Source of the DNA: Daphnia carinata
Lineage: Eukaryota
DNA: 64,000 bases
Assembly (NCBI RefSeq): GCF_022539665.2
Contig: NC_081334.1
Span: 806,001 to 870,000, forward strand
Direction: 5' to 3'
The translations under genes were made by a program, and so were the position numbers. Shown here piece after piece: positions 1 through 20,770 of this stretch. Every line of letters begins with the position of its first letter. Within the stretch, counting starts at the first letter, position 1. The notes under the pieces were generated by a model. That model did not search any database, was not told the DNA's origin, and saw only the letters and a list, made by a program, of their open reading frames with translations.

Positions 1-987
1 CAGACTGTTAAATCACTAATCTGAGTATAACCAGTGATGATATTTTAGTTGGGGAAACAAAATCATAATTCATACAAAATTTTTAGATTTAACTTACTAT
101 AATAATTTTTTTCATTTTGGACCATACTATCTTCAATGAACCTATCGGTTCTCCTATTGCTGGGTTTTCCTCGATGAAATCCTTTAGGCATTCTTAGAGT
201 TGTGAAGCTCAGCTGACAACAGCCAAACTGTAAGACAAAGCAATTATCTCAATATAAGTAATAATAACAATCATCACACTGGATTCTTACTAGAAATTTT
301 TGTAAATAGCTGAGGCTAACAAACCAACTAGATTGCTAGTAAATGAGGTTTCACGAAGAGTGTGAAAAAAACGTGCAACAACTGCGTAGCGTAACAAAAC
401 CAAAGATGCAGTCAGGGTATGCCCTACAGCAGCAACTTTCTTTGCCAATGCAACTTCGTCTGCAGCAGTATTGTCAATTTTAAAAAAGCGAGCTCTCACG
501 GCTACTCGGACAGTCAGGCTGCACCCTACACGGCCAAACCTTCCTCAACTGCACGTACTGTACAAGTAAAAATTTTCAAACTCTGGCTCAAAGAAAGAGA
601 GCATAGAATTCCTATTTATAATACTATTTGTACTGTTATGGTGTCATCAGTTTCTGTTAATTGATTAGCTAATGTGATACATGAACCAGTAGATAATCGA
701 TGACTGAACAATCCCGTTATTAAACGAGCATATACCGAGGAACGTTGTAGAACAGCTTTGGCTTTTGGGTACAGGGAACTATGAAGCCTGAATCTGTGTA
801 CGAAATGGCGCCTTTTAGAAAACACCCATCTCGTTCACAATGTTTCCATGTTTTATTTTTGTTTTGTTTTTTTCGCTCAAAACTGCCACCTGTTGCCGAC
901 TTTGGAATACCCCCTCCGTTTTCCCTTATCAAATAGCAAACGTTGTTCTTCGCTGTTAAACGCCTCCGTATGCGCTCCTTTAGTCAT
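1..987 (-). CDS. Possible 5' part of an unidentified spliced gene divergent from MSH5
   Basis: ATG at 987 in aaccATG context, a GT donor near 889, and protein-like open segments at 616-825 and 290-545. I could not assemble a consistent exon chain or recognise a family. Confidence 0.25.
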
Positions 988-1470
988 GGTTTCACATTGC
1001 GAGCTGACAGACCTGACCAACTTCGTTACCCCTAGTGGCGAACTCCTGGTGACACAGCAATTTGTAGGGTCAAATGTGCTCACTTCCATGCTTTGACCGC
1101 TAATAGCTTTCGTTAACTACTTTTCCGGCAGTGATAACTCAAGCTCATATTAAGTTTGTGTACTTCATCTTATTTTTCTCGTTTTTTTATAGAGCCTTGT
1201 CGATCTTCTATTTTAAAAATCCAAATTCAATTCGCCTCTGCAATGTGCGATTAATTTACTATTGGCTCAAGCTGTGGTTCACACGTGAAGACGACAAATT
1301 GAGGCTTAAACGATCAGATTTCCATGAAATGGACCTTATATATGTAACCCACTTAGAATCATAGTTCTCAATCAGTTCTAAAAATAATTTGGTATTGGCC
1401 CACTGATGTTATAAAACCATTACATTTAACATTTATATTATGAAACACAACAGGAATTCAAAAATTGGAA

Positions 1471-4400
1471 ATGAACACTGGAGACACACCAATTTTTCAT
1501 GGCAAACAGAAAAGTGACCAGAAAGAATCATCTGGTGATCTCCCATCATCTTATCTTTCAGATATCCCTTGTACTACAAGTGTTTGTGATGATGATACAG
1601 CTTCTGAAAAAAAGCAGGTTTGAGTATTATGTTTTTTCAGAGTCATTTCGTTTTAGTGCAATTGGAATGGTCACTTTTAGGTGATTCTTTCCATTGCCTG
1701 GTGGTGTGGAAAACTGGGAGCTGCCTATTATGACATTGAGTCCCATGAGGTAAGGTTTCTTTATGCACTATTAAAAACATGAATTAACAAAATTGCATGA
1801 AAACATTTGACCCAATCTTATGTAAAATTTGTATGGTTCTACAGCTCCATGTAATTCCAGATGTGGTGGAAAGTTCCTCAGATGCATCTGTATTGCAGGG
1901 ATTATTTTTCCAGTTGCAACCACACACTCTCATTGTCAAACATAATTTGGAAGAAAAGCAAATGGCTAAGATTTTCCAGTTATTGGTATTGATCTTACAT
2001 TTAAAGCTTTTTAATAAACTGATGTACTAATAAGTATTATAATATTGCAACAGGAAGGTGAATCTCCAGAACTTCTAAAGAGAAGCCCTGCCAAACAAGT
2101 GCAAAAGAGTTATCAACTTTCAGGGACTAAAACTACTGCAACCATACAATTCAAGAGAAATGACAAAGATTCATGCCATCTCTATGTTGTCCCTAGTTCT
2201 TTCTACAACACCGAAGCTGGTACATCAGATAATCATGAAATTTTAATTCGTTTGCTTTAATTTTCTTTAGACAACCGTTATAGCAGTCAGTTTCATAGAA
2301 CTGATAATGGTTTAACTTGCATTCTACGCAGCTACTCGTAGGTTACGAGCATTACGGCTAGGAATTACGCCAGATGACATGACCGAAATGGAGCGCTGGT
2401 TACATCTGAAAAGCTTGTTTCCCTTTGACAATCCAGCTTTGTTACAAGTAGGCAGCGAAAAATTTTCATAACAGAGTAGTACTACATATGAACAAAATAG
2501 GCCACTGGTGCGTTACTGAAAGTACTGGAACAATGGCAGAGAGGTCAAGATGTTGACCGCCTGAACGAAGCAAGCATAGACAATATGAGCTTGAAAATTC
2601 TTTCTATTCGAACATGCCGTGTTGATGATTTGTTATGGATGGACCAGTCAACATTTCTTAGTTTGAAAATCTTCTCGCAAGAATCACATCCGTCGGCATT
2701 CAAGAAAGGACATTCACAGAGCGCAAAAGAAGGTTTGAAAATTTTTTTAATGCATTCATACTGATTTTCTTGCCCTGTGACGTATGACGTGCGACATATA
2801 CCTTCCACATGGACGCTATGTCCATTCGATCATCTGTCCAATTATAGGTTGAGAGACTTTCATCAGGATTCCACGTAAAGGAAGCGTTTTCCAGTTTTCT
2901 GTGGCAATCCTGTTAATGAAATTTTTACCATTAAATTAAAAAATTTTCTAGTTCACAAATAACTCGGTTTTTAAATGAAGGGCTTAGTCTTTTTGGAATT
3001 GCTTCGAAATGTTATTCCACACCCGGATCTATGTGCCTTAAGTAAAGTTTTAGACAAATCATAACTCTTAACCTCTCGCTTAATTTTTCCTTTCATAAAT
3101 TTTTTTTCAATTAGGGAACTATTCAAGCGCCCCACGCGCAGTATCGAAACGCTTAGGGAGCGTTACAGTGTAATACGGTTTTGTGTGGAAGCGTCTAACA
3201 TAGAAGTAGTCCACAGTTTTGTTGGCATCTTGAAAAACGTCACCGATATCAAGGTCGGCAGCTCACGCATTTCCTGTTACCGTTATAGCCTAATCGTTTT
3301 TAATATTTTATTTAGGTCCCCCTTTCAAACATCGCAACAATGCGAGGAACTTCGAATGATTGGAAAAGGCTACAAATAACTGCTAAAAATGTACAGTAAT
3401 ATAGAAGACGATTGTTTTTTGCTCTTTTTAAATAGTTTTCATCCATACTTGTAGTTGATAGCCTTGGCCGATCAATGCAAGGCTCTTCCACAACAAATCC
3501 GTCTCTTTCGCGATTTAGCAGAAAGTGAACGATCAAGTAAATGGTACCATGTAGTTAACGTCATTCATCGGTTAATTAATTTTCAAGAATCGAGACGCGC
3601 GGGACGGTGTGTTGTCAACTCAGGAGTTGATGAGGATCTCGATAAACGTAATTTTGAATATAGTTAGTTAGATTTTCTAACGTTTAACCACTCGTTCTTT
3701 TCCCTTTGCAGTGAAACGAGACCATGGCAACATGCAACAAATTTACACAGAAACCGTTAATCTTGAAATGGAAAATTTACCCCCATTTGTCGAACAGGGC
3801 GTAATCGAATTTTTACCTCATGTTGGCCATTGTTTGTGCCTTCGTTCTTGGCTGCCAGAAGGTAAGCCTATGACGGCTGATGCTGTTAGTATAGCAGGAC
3901 TGGAGCTGAAAGTAAGACTTTTTTTTCGTTTTTGAGGGACTGGGTACATTTACGAATTTCTTATAGAACTGATAATGAACGTTTATTCTAGTTTTTTACA
4001 AAGGAAAATGTTTACTTCAAAAGCCAACGTTGTATAGGTAAGGACATACATAAGCAGAAAACGGACTATTTTTATTTATTTTTTGTTTGTTTCGCTTTAT
4101 AATACTGAATAACTGGTGCAAAAGAACTGGACGAAATGTTCGGAGATTTTGCGGCAGCAATCGTAGCACACGAAATGTCGGTAATATTTTCGGCCTCTAA
4201 AGTTGTTCTCCAATATTACGACGCACTGACTGAAGGAATCGAACTGGCTGCATATCTAGACGCGTACTTTGATGTTTAGAAATGCCTTAAAAGTTTATTT
4301 TTCCAAATATTTTGGTTGGCTCTTTAGGCTTCTTAGCTTATCAGTGTTGAGTTCAGAATTTGAAATGATTGAGCCAGAGCTTGTTGAGAGCAGTAATTCA

Positions 4401-5469
4401 TGTGTCCACATTGAAAACGGAAGACATATTTTATTGCAGCTTGTGGCGGATCGATTCAATCCCAATTCGACATATCTCGGTGGAGAGGGCGAAGATGCCA
4501 AACGCATAAATATTATTTCGGGTCCTAACTCTAGCGGCAAATCAGTTTTTTTAAAGGTAACAGAACCTAGTTAAACTTAAGTTTTTTCCTTTCTTTTTAT
4601 TTTTATTAATTTGATCCATTTAAAACGTTTTTCTCTTAGCAAACTGCATTAATTGTTTATTTGGCTCAAATTGGATGCTTTGTACCAGCTCAACGTGCTT
4701 TGTTAACACCCATGAAACATATCTTCGTTGTCTGTCATGCTCCAGAAACGATTGCCACATCGCTGTCATACTTCGGTGTTGAGCTTTCTATGGTATATAC
4801 CAAGGATGTAAATTGCTTTGGTGGTAAACGGTTCACAAGATTTCTTTTTTCTTTGCTACAGATGTCCATGGCCTGCAGGACCGCGACAAGTCATTCTTTG
4901 ATAATTTTGGATGAATTTGGCATAGGGTCTTCTCACGTGGATGGTTCCGCGTTATTCATTTCCTGTATGGAATATTGGATGAAACAAGAAGAAAGGAGTC
5001 CCCTTCTACTTGTTGCAACACACTTGCATAGTGCTGTCCAACACTTGTCACGACATACAAATGCCTTACGAAAAACTCGTTTCATGTCCATGGGGTACTT
5101 CCTGGATGAGGAACAACTTGTTTTTCTGTATGAGCTTACTGAAGATTTGTGCACAAATAGTTTCCCATTGAGCGTGGCGTACGCTTCTGGATTACCTGAT
5201 TTCGTCATTAAAAGGGCTCAAGAAGTATTAGCATTCGATACGTTTCGTGAAATCAGTCGAGTACACGACAAAAATCTTTTTAGGTACTAAAAGAAGTTGA
5301 TAATGTTGGCAGTTTGTTGCCTAACCGCGTAATATGGAACGAAGTCAAATGCACCAGTTTACGCAAGAGCGCTGAATTATTCTTCATGACTGACCCTTGG
5401 AATATTGAGGCATTAAAACAATTTACAAGACGAAGCATTCTTGGTCGCTGGGGTTCCCATTCGCAGTAA
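1471..5469 (+). CDS. MSH5: MutS homolog 5 (meiotic crossover protein), about 17 coding exons
   Basis: GT-AG splicing by eye gives a continuous frame. N-terminal [36 protein letters not shown], Walker [32 protein letters not shown] and C-terminal [12 protein letters not shown] are MutS/MSH5 hallmarks. ATG 1471 is the best guess; stop TAA is at 5467-5469. Confidence 0.9.
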
Positions 5470-6188
5470 TTATTATTTTGCGTGTTTAAATTGAATTCAA
5501 AAATAAATAAACAAACAAGCAAAGTAAAACAAAACAACAATTGTGCAGGCTCCTCTAGTAAAAAACTTATATTTTGCTAACAAATAGTTTCTTACTTAGG
5601 TAGGATGCCCATCAGTTCTTACATGGATTCCAAATAGACGATCATGAAAGTGTATTCGCTATTACGCGTCTAGCGCGAGACCATTTAAAAATAATGTTCG
5701 AAAATGAAGTTTTCTGAAAACGTCCAAATTCAAGTCCGTGATATGCCAGTTCAATTGCAGTCCACGGCAAAGAGGGCAGTAAGAATTGCTACATCATTAA
5801 GAATCCGTGATTGATAAAACTTGTGAACGTACCAAATATTACAAACAAGTAAAATGACACAAGCAACACACTTACGCACACACTACGCATGAAAATTGAC
5901 AAATACATCTTATATTCGCGTTCTAATTACCATTACCCTTGTGAACAAGAAAATATGGCCCCCCTCCCCGAAATAAGCCATTCGATCATGCAGAAGGCTT
6001 GACCGCCTGTTTAGTACCCTCTGCTTAGCTACAAGCAGGAAACTCAATGGCAGAATACGTTCCAGCACAAATCCAACTGCATTCTGCCATATTCTATGGC
6101 GTTAATAGCTTGACAATCAGAAAACACACCTAGAAGTTGTGTGTGTACAATTTTTTAAACAATGGTACCTCTACCTTTCTAGTCAACG

Positions 6189-7207
<1,019 letters not shown>

Positions 7208-8713
7208 ACTTGCTACACAAGAGCTCTGATAAGTAAGAGAAGTCAAAATAAACACAGTTGGCAAATGAGGTTGAAGGGAGTTGCCTAGAAGCACAAAAAT
7301 GTCTTGAATTTTCCGACTGGCGATCACAGTTGATCATCCACATGGGTAGGCACGATAAATCAGGGTTTACCCACTATGCTTGCTTCACAAAAAGTGACAA
7401 TAGGCGAACAATTGGGACAACAAAAACTAGCTAGATAGAAGTCAGCGTCGTTAAGAAACAAAACTTGGTACCAAAAAATGGTTTTTCTTTTTCTTTGGGA
7501 GGGGGTGCAACTGCAAGCTAAGCAATGGTCTGCTTCATCTAGAAGGACGGGTCTCTACAGCCAATCAGGCGTCAGCCATGGAAGATTTTTAAAGTGATTA
7601 AATAACAATTAATGTAAACCAAAGTTACGAGGGAAAATTTTTTTTTTTTCTTCGGACAATATCCTAATTTTCTATAAGTATATGTTATTTTTACGATCCG
7701 AGATGAAATGGCCAGTCCGCTTGCAAACGCCATCTATCTAAAAATGTCTTACTTACATAAGTTGAGCTTCTAGTTTCAGCATATGCATTGCTAAAATAAC
7801 GAAATAGAACCCTAAATTTACAAAGAATATCGCTAATGTTGTTATAATTTATTATTTTTAAAATGTTCTCGTTTTCTATAAGCTAATTTTTTTTTTTTTT
7901 CTACATCCCGCAACTACCGATAAATCCAATTTGTTAGGCTTCGCAGGTGGGATGATTTTTAACAAATTTTCCCTTGGCTTGTCTTTCTTTTTCCCAATCC
8001 CGAATTGCATGTGTTATCTACAATTCTACCTTTAGATATCATTAGAATTTACGGCCTTGTAGATTGTCTCGTTCAAGTTGTTGACCAAACTGGCCATCTA
8101 ACGCCATTTGCACTAAACTGGTTCATGACGCACTGACAAAAGTCGCCCACACCTAAATTGCCGACAGTTGTGGCGGCTGCAGTCTGTCCTTCTGCTAATA
8201 GACTTTTTATATGAATTTATTATTACTCGCAGTTCAAATTAAATCGGTAGAAAATCAAAAGTTCAGTGAAAAAGATTGAATGAGAAGGTAAGAAAGCCCA
8301 AAAGCTATAACACTTAAATCATTCTATAAATAGAAGTTCTGGTTGCCTTTCATCTGCGTACAGATCGTATTTGATAATTTATTTCCCTAGTTAAAGGTTT
8401 TAAGAATAGGCTGGTCTACGATGCCGATATTCCCTATGTTTCAAAGTGATAGCATAACATAAAGCATATCGTAACACGTGTCGACACAAGCATTAATTTC
8501 GTGGAAATGAACAAATTTTGTTTGGGAAGCTCTCTATTAGTCTTTACCCAAGTATTTCAATTACTTGTTTCTGCTTATTAGTTATTGAAAATCAAGGCTT
8601 CATTTGGTGAAATTGGCATTTGGATAAATCTGGATGTTATAGTTGGATGTTTTCTTTATTTACCGCAGTTACCTTTAAAGACACTTGACAGTGAGAAAAA
8701 ATTTGATACTGCC

Positions 8714-13129
<4,416 letters not shown>

Positions 13130-14650
13130 GCTAGCAAAAGAACTCGGTTCGTTTCAACCAACAAATTTGAATGGATAACCGTTGTCATTCCAGTGTTTGT
13201 TACTGCAGGAGAGTTTGCTTTTCACACAAAATGTTTGCGCCGTGTTAGGTTTTTATATGTTCGATGTTTTTTGCGGTTATTATTTTTTTCATTATAATTA
13301 TTTTTTTTTTTTTCATTTTTCATTTGCTGTTCAAATGTTCATCTACAAATGCCATCACATTTTGATTTAGTTGAACACACTTATTTTAGGGTGCGAGGAT
13401 TAGAAGTGTGCTGTGCCAAAAGACGGTCTTTTGTCATTGAAAATAATGTATTTTTTCTATTGGCTAATTTTTTGGTCGAGTTCCCAGCTTTTCTTGTTTA
13501 TCGTAATGTTAAAGACACCCTCATTTACGTGATTGAAAGTCCAAAAATGTTTTCTCCTTCATGAGGTCCAACATGGTTAGTATGGTGCTTTGAAACGTTG
13601 CCCTTCTGCAACAATTTTTTTAAATTCTTCCTTTGCAACGGCCTCAGGTTTGTATATGAAAGAATACACAGTTCTGATTCGAAAGTTAATTTAGGTGTAC
13701 AAGCTTAACTGATTTGTCGACGCAAACAAACCAATCGGCCGATGAACCCACAAAACAGAGTTATGGAATATCTATTCTATAACTGTAGGGTTGGTGGTTC
13801 TATGTCGGTATAACTAAAGTAAGCATTGCTGCCATGTCCAGCTTCACTAGGATTTACTGATCGTCCAAGATCCATTGAATCATTTCGGTATTTGGTACGG
13901 GTTTTACTAGATCAAGTCTATTCGATCGTCCGAGATTCAGGTCATCCAATTTCTCCCGTAAGTAAACCGATTTAAACTTTGGTATAACACAGGAAAAAGC
14001 GCAGCTCACACTATTTTTCACTACCTTTATTTTACTCTCGATTTCTAATTCTATTTCTACCCTAAATTTGGTTATTGTTCGAATTCCATTATGTTACATT
14101 TGAATTTTCCCGTTTGAGAGAAAATAAAGAATAAGGATAAAGCAGTAATTTAAGCTTTCACGTGAAAATTAAAGAATAGTTTTCGTATTTCGAATTTTTC
14201 TTTGTAGGTATTTCTTTTTTTTTAAGGAATAGAGCAACGATATTAGAATTGGCGACCAACATTAGCAACATTGTCATACCGTAAGTTGAAAGTAAAAACC
14301 CCGCTCTTTCAGATGACAAATCCACTTTCTTGGCAACTTGGCAACTCTCATTACCGGACTGAGGAGTACCATCATAACATACTGGATCAAATTAGAAATA
14401 AGTTAACCACTTGACTTATGGATCAAACGTTTAAAACAAAAGTTTCTCTGTAATTGTGATTTTGAGTTAGTTAAGTGGTACACGGGTTTTTATTTATTTT
14501 ACGTTTAAAATAAAGAGGTAAGGTATGTTAACATAATAGATAGAACAGCCAGTGAATCATAAGAATTACACTAAGCCCATCATTGTACATTCTCTTGGCA
14601 GTATTTGTGTTCTTCCCTAATAGTCTCAAGTTCTAGAGATACTCAGCTCC

Positions 14651-14875
14651 ATGGCTCGGAGGCTCCTTACAAGAGCAGAACTCAGGATGGAAGACTTGCA
14701 AGAATATGAACTTGTAAAGAAGTTTCAGGAGAAGAAAAAAACCGGAATGGATCATGCAAATAACTCAAGTGCCCTAGGAAGACATGATGATTCCATTACA
14801 TCAAATTTTAAGCCCAATAGAGAAATGATATATGAGAGAATTGGCTACAACCCCAATCCTAGGAATCCTCAGTAA
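14651..14875 (+). CDS. CDC26: Anaphase-promoting complex subunit CDC26 (APC12)
   Basis: 74-aa single-exon ORF MARRLLTRAELRMEDLQEYE...REMIYERIGYNP resembles the CDC26 pattern MLRRKPTRLELKLDDIEEF...REQMINDRIGYKP (recalled, not searched). Confidence 0.85.
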   Translation: MARRLLTRAELRMEDLQEYELVKKFQEKKKTGMDHANNSSALGRHDDSITSNFKPNREMIYERIGYNPNPRNPQ

Positions 14876-15284
14876 TTTTTTTTTTTATAAATACCAATGC
14901 CAAGCAATTCTTGTATTTTTTTTTCTTTTTTAAGTTAAGAACATAACACTGGAAGACCAGAGAGCAATACAGGGAAAAGTCAACAATCTTAAATGACCTG
15001 AGTGCATAACAACCTGCTGCATAAGAAAGACATCTGTAATAAATAAGCTACTGAAGGTTTCCGCATATTAATGATTGTTTCATTTAAATCTGAAGTATGT
15101 TTATTGTCATACAGTTATCATGAAATGATAGTTCTCTCAAAGGTCAGGTGAAAGTTGAAACAAAATTATGTAGACCATGCTGTTATGCTGATTGGTAAGC
15201 TTACTTGGTAAAACAACTATTTCTATGACGTAGCGATACTCTACTTGATACCAATTTGTTAGGATGGCCAACGGGTCGTGTATT

Positions 15285-16969
<1,685 letters not shown>

Positions 16970-17389
16970 TATCGTTTTTCCACTGAACTCTGTTGTTTAT
17001 AAATGTCAACACTTCCATATATGTGTTGCCGTCTGCAGCAGATGTGTTTAAAGACGTTTTGTTGATACACACGTTCCGTGTTTCGGGATTTTCTCACTAG
17101 AGGTATGCCTTTTCAATCTTTTGTTTGCTTTTTGTATTTTTTTTTACTTTTTTATTATCTTTGTTTACAATGTGGCCGGACTGATCGGTGTTTTCGATCC
17201 AACTATTGAAAATTGTATATTACTGTATCTGTAATTTGTTTATGTATTTACTTTTGTTGCATTATCTTACCAGTCCACCAATTCAAATGATAATTTCAAA
17301 TCTTTGGATGATAATAGTCATAGGATAGGTAGATACACGGATTTGTCGTGCTCGATTTAAGTTGTAAATTTTAAGTCTGGTTGCCTGAA

Positions 17390-19863
17390 ATGGCTGTATT
17401 TAGCAAAGAATATTCACCCTTTTCTTGCTATGAAGTTGGTCACACGTGGACCCCTTTCTGCCCAAGTGCAGCAGCTGGAGTTGGCCTATCGTGTTTTGAA
17501 GAGGGAATAAAAATTTACTCATCAGTTTACCTGGTATGTTTCTTTTTATATTCAGCTGATCACCTTCATAGTATCTTTTACAGCTGTCTGCACTTTTGAG
17601 TGGAAAACTACCTGATATTGGACAAGTGAAAAGGATTGTTTCAAGCATATTGCAGTCATCATTTTTCCTGGGCTGTAATGGATTTTGTTTTATCAGTGCC
17701 TTTTGTATCTTCAGGTACTTTAAAAGTTGTGAATTACATACCTATATTTAATATATTTGATTTTCTTTTTGGTGCAGGAAACTATGTGGCAAGTTTCGAG
17801 TGTTAAGCAGTGGATTTTTTCCTTCAGTCCTGGCTAACATAATAGCAATATTAGTTGAGCGACCAACACGAAGACCTGCCTTGGCAGTTTATGTCACCAA
17901 TGTGGTTAGTTCATGCATTTTGGAAAAAACTAGGAATACCAAATTTGACTTAACATCTTTTTTTTTTGTAGGCTTCTGAAACAATATACAATCAATTAGT
18001 AGACAGAGGCTTCTTGAAACCTATTCCCCATGGAGATATTGTCTTGTTTTCAGTCACATTGGCATGCCTTTTTAGGTGGTTTCAAACTACACAGGACCAT
18101 TCTAATTTCCTATTTAAATTGATAAGGTATATGAATGCCTTTTTTCATGCATTCAACGTCTCGATCAATCTTAAAAATTGTCTCAATTATGCCCTAGGGC
18201 TCTAGTCGGTGATGGAGAATTGAGACCATCATCAAATATACCAGCAGGGAAAAAAAACGGGAAACGTATATGGAATAAAAGACATGTGTTATGTCCACAC
18301 TCCAACGGCTGTATTCAAAATTGTTTTCAAGTAATATTTTTATGCATTCTTTGGCAGCCCATTTATGCCATGGAAAATATGAACATGAAAACACTAACAT
18401 TAATAATGGATGTGATTCTTCTTTTTCCTGTTTAGATTCTAGTCAAGAGATTTTTATGTGGCTGGGGTCTTCATGCCTGTGGGTCATTGCTTTTATCTTT
18501 TCCACTTCTTCTGAGGAAACCATCAAACTTGTTGGTATTGTTGAGAGGGATGAAGCATGTACGCTTTGGAGCATTTCTTGCATCATTGGCTACGGCGTAT
18601 CAAGTAAGTGTTTCTCTTTGTATGGTTCTTCTTGTTTAGTAGTAACAACTGCTTCTGAATCGGCACCTCTATTATTGTAAGAAAGGTGATGACGTTACGC
18701 TACACCCTCCCCATTTTTGGACGGAGGAGGGAGAGTTAAATCGAACCGTTTTTTAAGTAAAAGAGCTATCCTGTCAACATCATCTATTACCCTAGTTTTG
18801 CATTTTCAAGTTACAAAAAAAAAAAAATCTAATCTTTGCCCCTTTCTTCCTAATATGATCCCAGATATGGGATATAATGGCTTTGTCAAAAGGGAGGGCA
18901 ACAAAAAAAAATTAGCAGTTGTAAGCAGACTTTTAATAATAGCTTTATATTTGAAATCGCAGAATGGAGCCGTCTCAACTGGAAATCCTCTGCAACTTAG
19001 TATGAATTTGTTGTGAGAATATTAATATTTACTTTAAATTGCCAAATAATTTGCTTCTTCCGTACCAGCACATATTGGATTGCATTATTTCCGAGGTATA
19101 GTCTCTTCGGTAAAGAAATTTTTGCGACCACGTAGGGGGGAAACATTTTTGGTCATGTTTTGAGGTTACTTTATACGGTCCTCCTCCATGCGCTCAACTA
19201 TTTAGCCGTGCTTTATTAGGCAACTAATAATATGATTTTGTTGCAGTTTATATGTATAAATATGTATGTACACGTTTCTAGGCTGTTTATTGTGCTCTTC
19301 GATGGATTCGGGGCTCAAATGGAAAAAATCATGCTGTTTTAGCCGGTCTGTTTGCTGGAATAAGCATTGGCTTTTACAAAAATTTAACCCTTATCCTTTA
19401 CCTTACCTGGAAGACTCTTGAAGTCCTATATTATGAAGGAGTCGAGGCAGGATATTTGATAAAAGTGCCAGGTTTCACTTCGATTTTGTACAGTTTATCA
19501 ACTTCCATCTTGTTTCATGCAGGTAGCTAGAAGTGCTTAAAGCAAAGAGAAGTTTTAGGTTATAAGCGTTAATAATTTTTTATTGATTCTTTAGCCGTGA
19601 TGGAACCGCATAATTTGAAACCTGCCTATTGGAAATTTCTGATGAGAATAACTGGCAGAAAGTATTTCGCACAGTTCCTTCATCCAGATTGTTATCGTTC
19701 ATCATTTTTTAATAATTACAGGATTTCGGAATTGAACAGAAAAACTCTAGACATTATGGGACTGCAAAGTTCAAAAATGTTGCCAAATTTCACTCCAGTT
19801 TACGAAACCAATTATCTTAGTGATCAGTTTAAGCTATGGCTCCAAGGACGCGGTGAACACTAA
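17390..19863 (+). CDS. TMEM135: Transmembrane protein 135 (PMP52-like), multi-exon
   Basis: MAVFSK..FSCYEVGHTWTPFC, AILVERPTRRPALAVYVTNVASE, RHVLCPH...C, VYCALRWIRG, FHAAVMEPHNLKPAYWKFLMRITG match TMEM135 family motifs. Confidence 0.92.
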
Positions 19864-19975
19864 GTTTTTCTTTCAACCAAAGACAGTTGTAACTAAATAT
19901 AGTTTAAAGGACAAACTTGCTTTAAAAGGTCTGTATTTTCGGAAATGTTTATCATGTAGTCACATTGCGTTTGCG

Positions 19976-20770
19976 TTAAACAGCCGTACCACGTTCCAGA
20001 TTCTGTTTAATTTCTGTGGTAAATTCACCATAGAATCGATCCAGCTTCTTATTGAAGCGCATGTTGCGCTCGTTAATGTAGTCAATTTCGGCGTCATCAT
20101 CATGACGCCTACGACGACTGTATTTCTCGCGCTTCTCGATTTGTTTATGTAAATCTTCAACCATACGATTCACGGCTTCAGGAGAATCTTTGTGTAGTCC
20201 ATGAACTATTGTGTTCTTTTCTGCATAAAAAGCATCTCCAAGATCTGTTCTAGCTTTTTCATACTCTTCCATATTAGGCTTGATTTCTTGGACCAATCTT
20301 GAGTACTGACGAAATGTTGCCTGTTCATAGTCGGCAAAACCTGTATCTGGATTTTTCTTCCTGTTTTTCCTTTCTTTACGCTCAGCTTCATCAGCTCCCA
20401 CCTCTAACAGCTTTGTGCGAGAATAATCTTTCCCAAGTTTTGCTGCTTCTTGCCGTTGGGCTTCAGTTCCTAAAATCCAGTCAGCACGTGCCTTCTTCGC
20501 TTCCCAGTTAGCAGGTAGCTTGCTTCGTTTACTTTCCTCCAGAACTTCTTGGTGGTTTTTCTGGCGAGCCTCATTCTATTTTTGTTAAGAATTCCCCCCA
20601 AAAATATCTTGTGTTACATGTAAGATCATGCAATAAAAATATAAAAGTGTGCCAAAACTGAAATATCTTACTCGACGACTGTGTAATTGTCGCAGTTTTT
20701 TCATTCTCTCCATTTGTTTAGAGGCTTCCACATTCATATTGGATTTTGATGGACCTGGTTTGTCTGACAT
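19976..20770 (-). CDS. SYF2: Pre-mRNA splicing factor SYF2; exons 20770-20672 and 20575-19976
   Basis: [82 protein letters not shown]...[11 protein letters not shown]. Confidence 0.96.

Noticed and set aside
3316..3390. Apparent premature stop in MSH5 (ORF track 3185-3379)
   Set aside because: With the intron ending at 3315, the exon reads [25 protein letters not shown] in frame, so there is no lesion.
18604..19281. Unusually long TMEM135 intron as a TE insertion or snoRNA host
   Set aside because: No TIR/TSD or convincing box C/D or H/ACA arrangement was identified.
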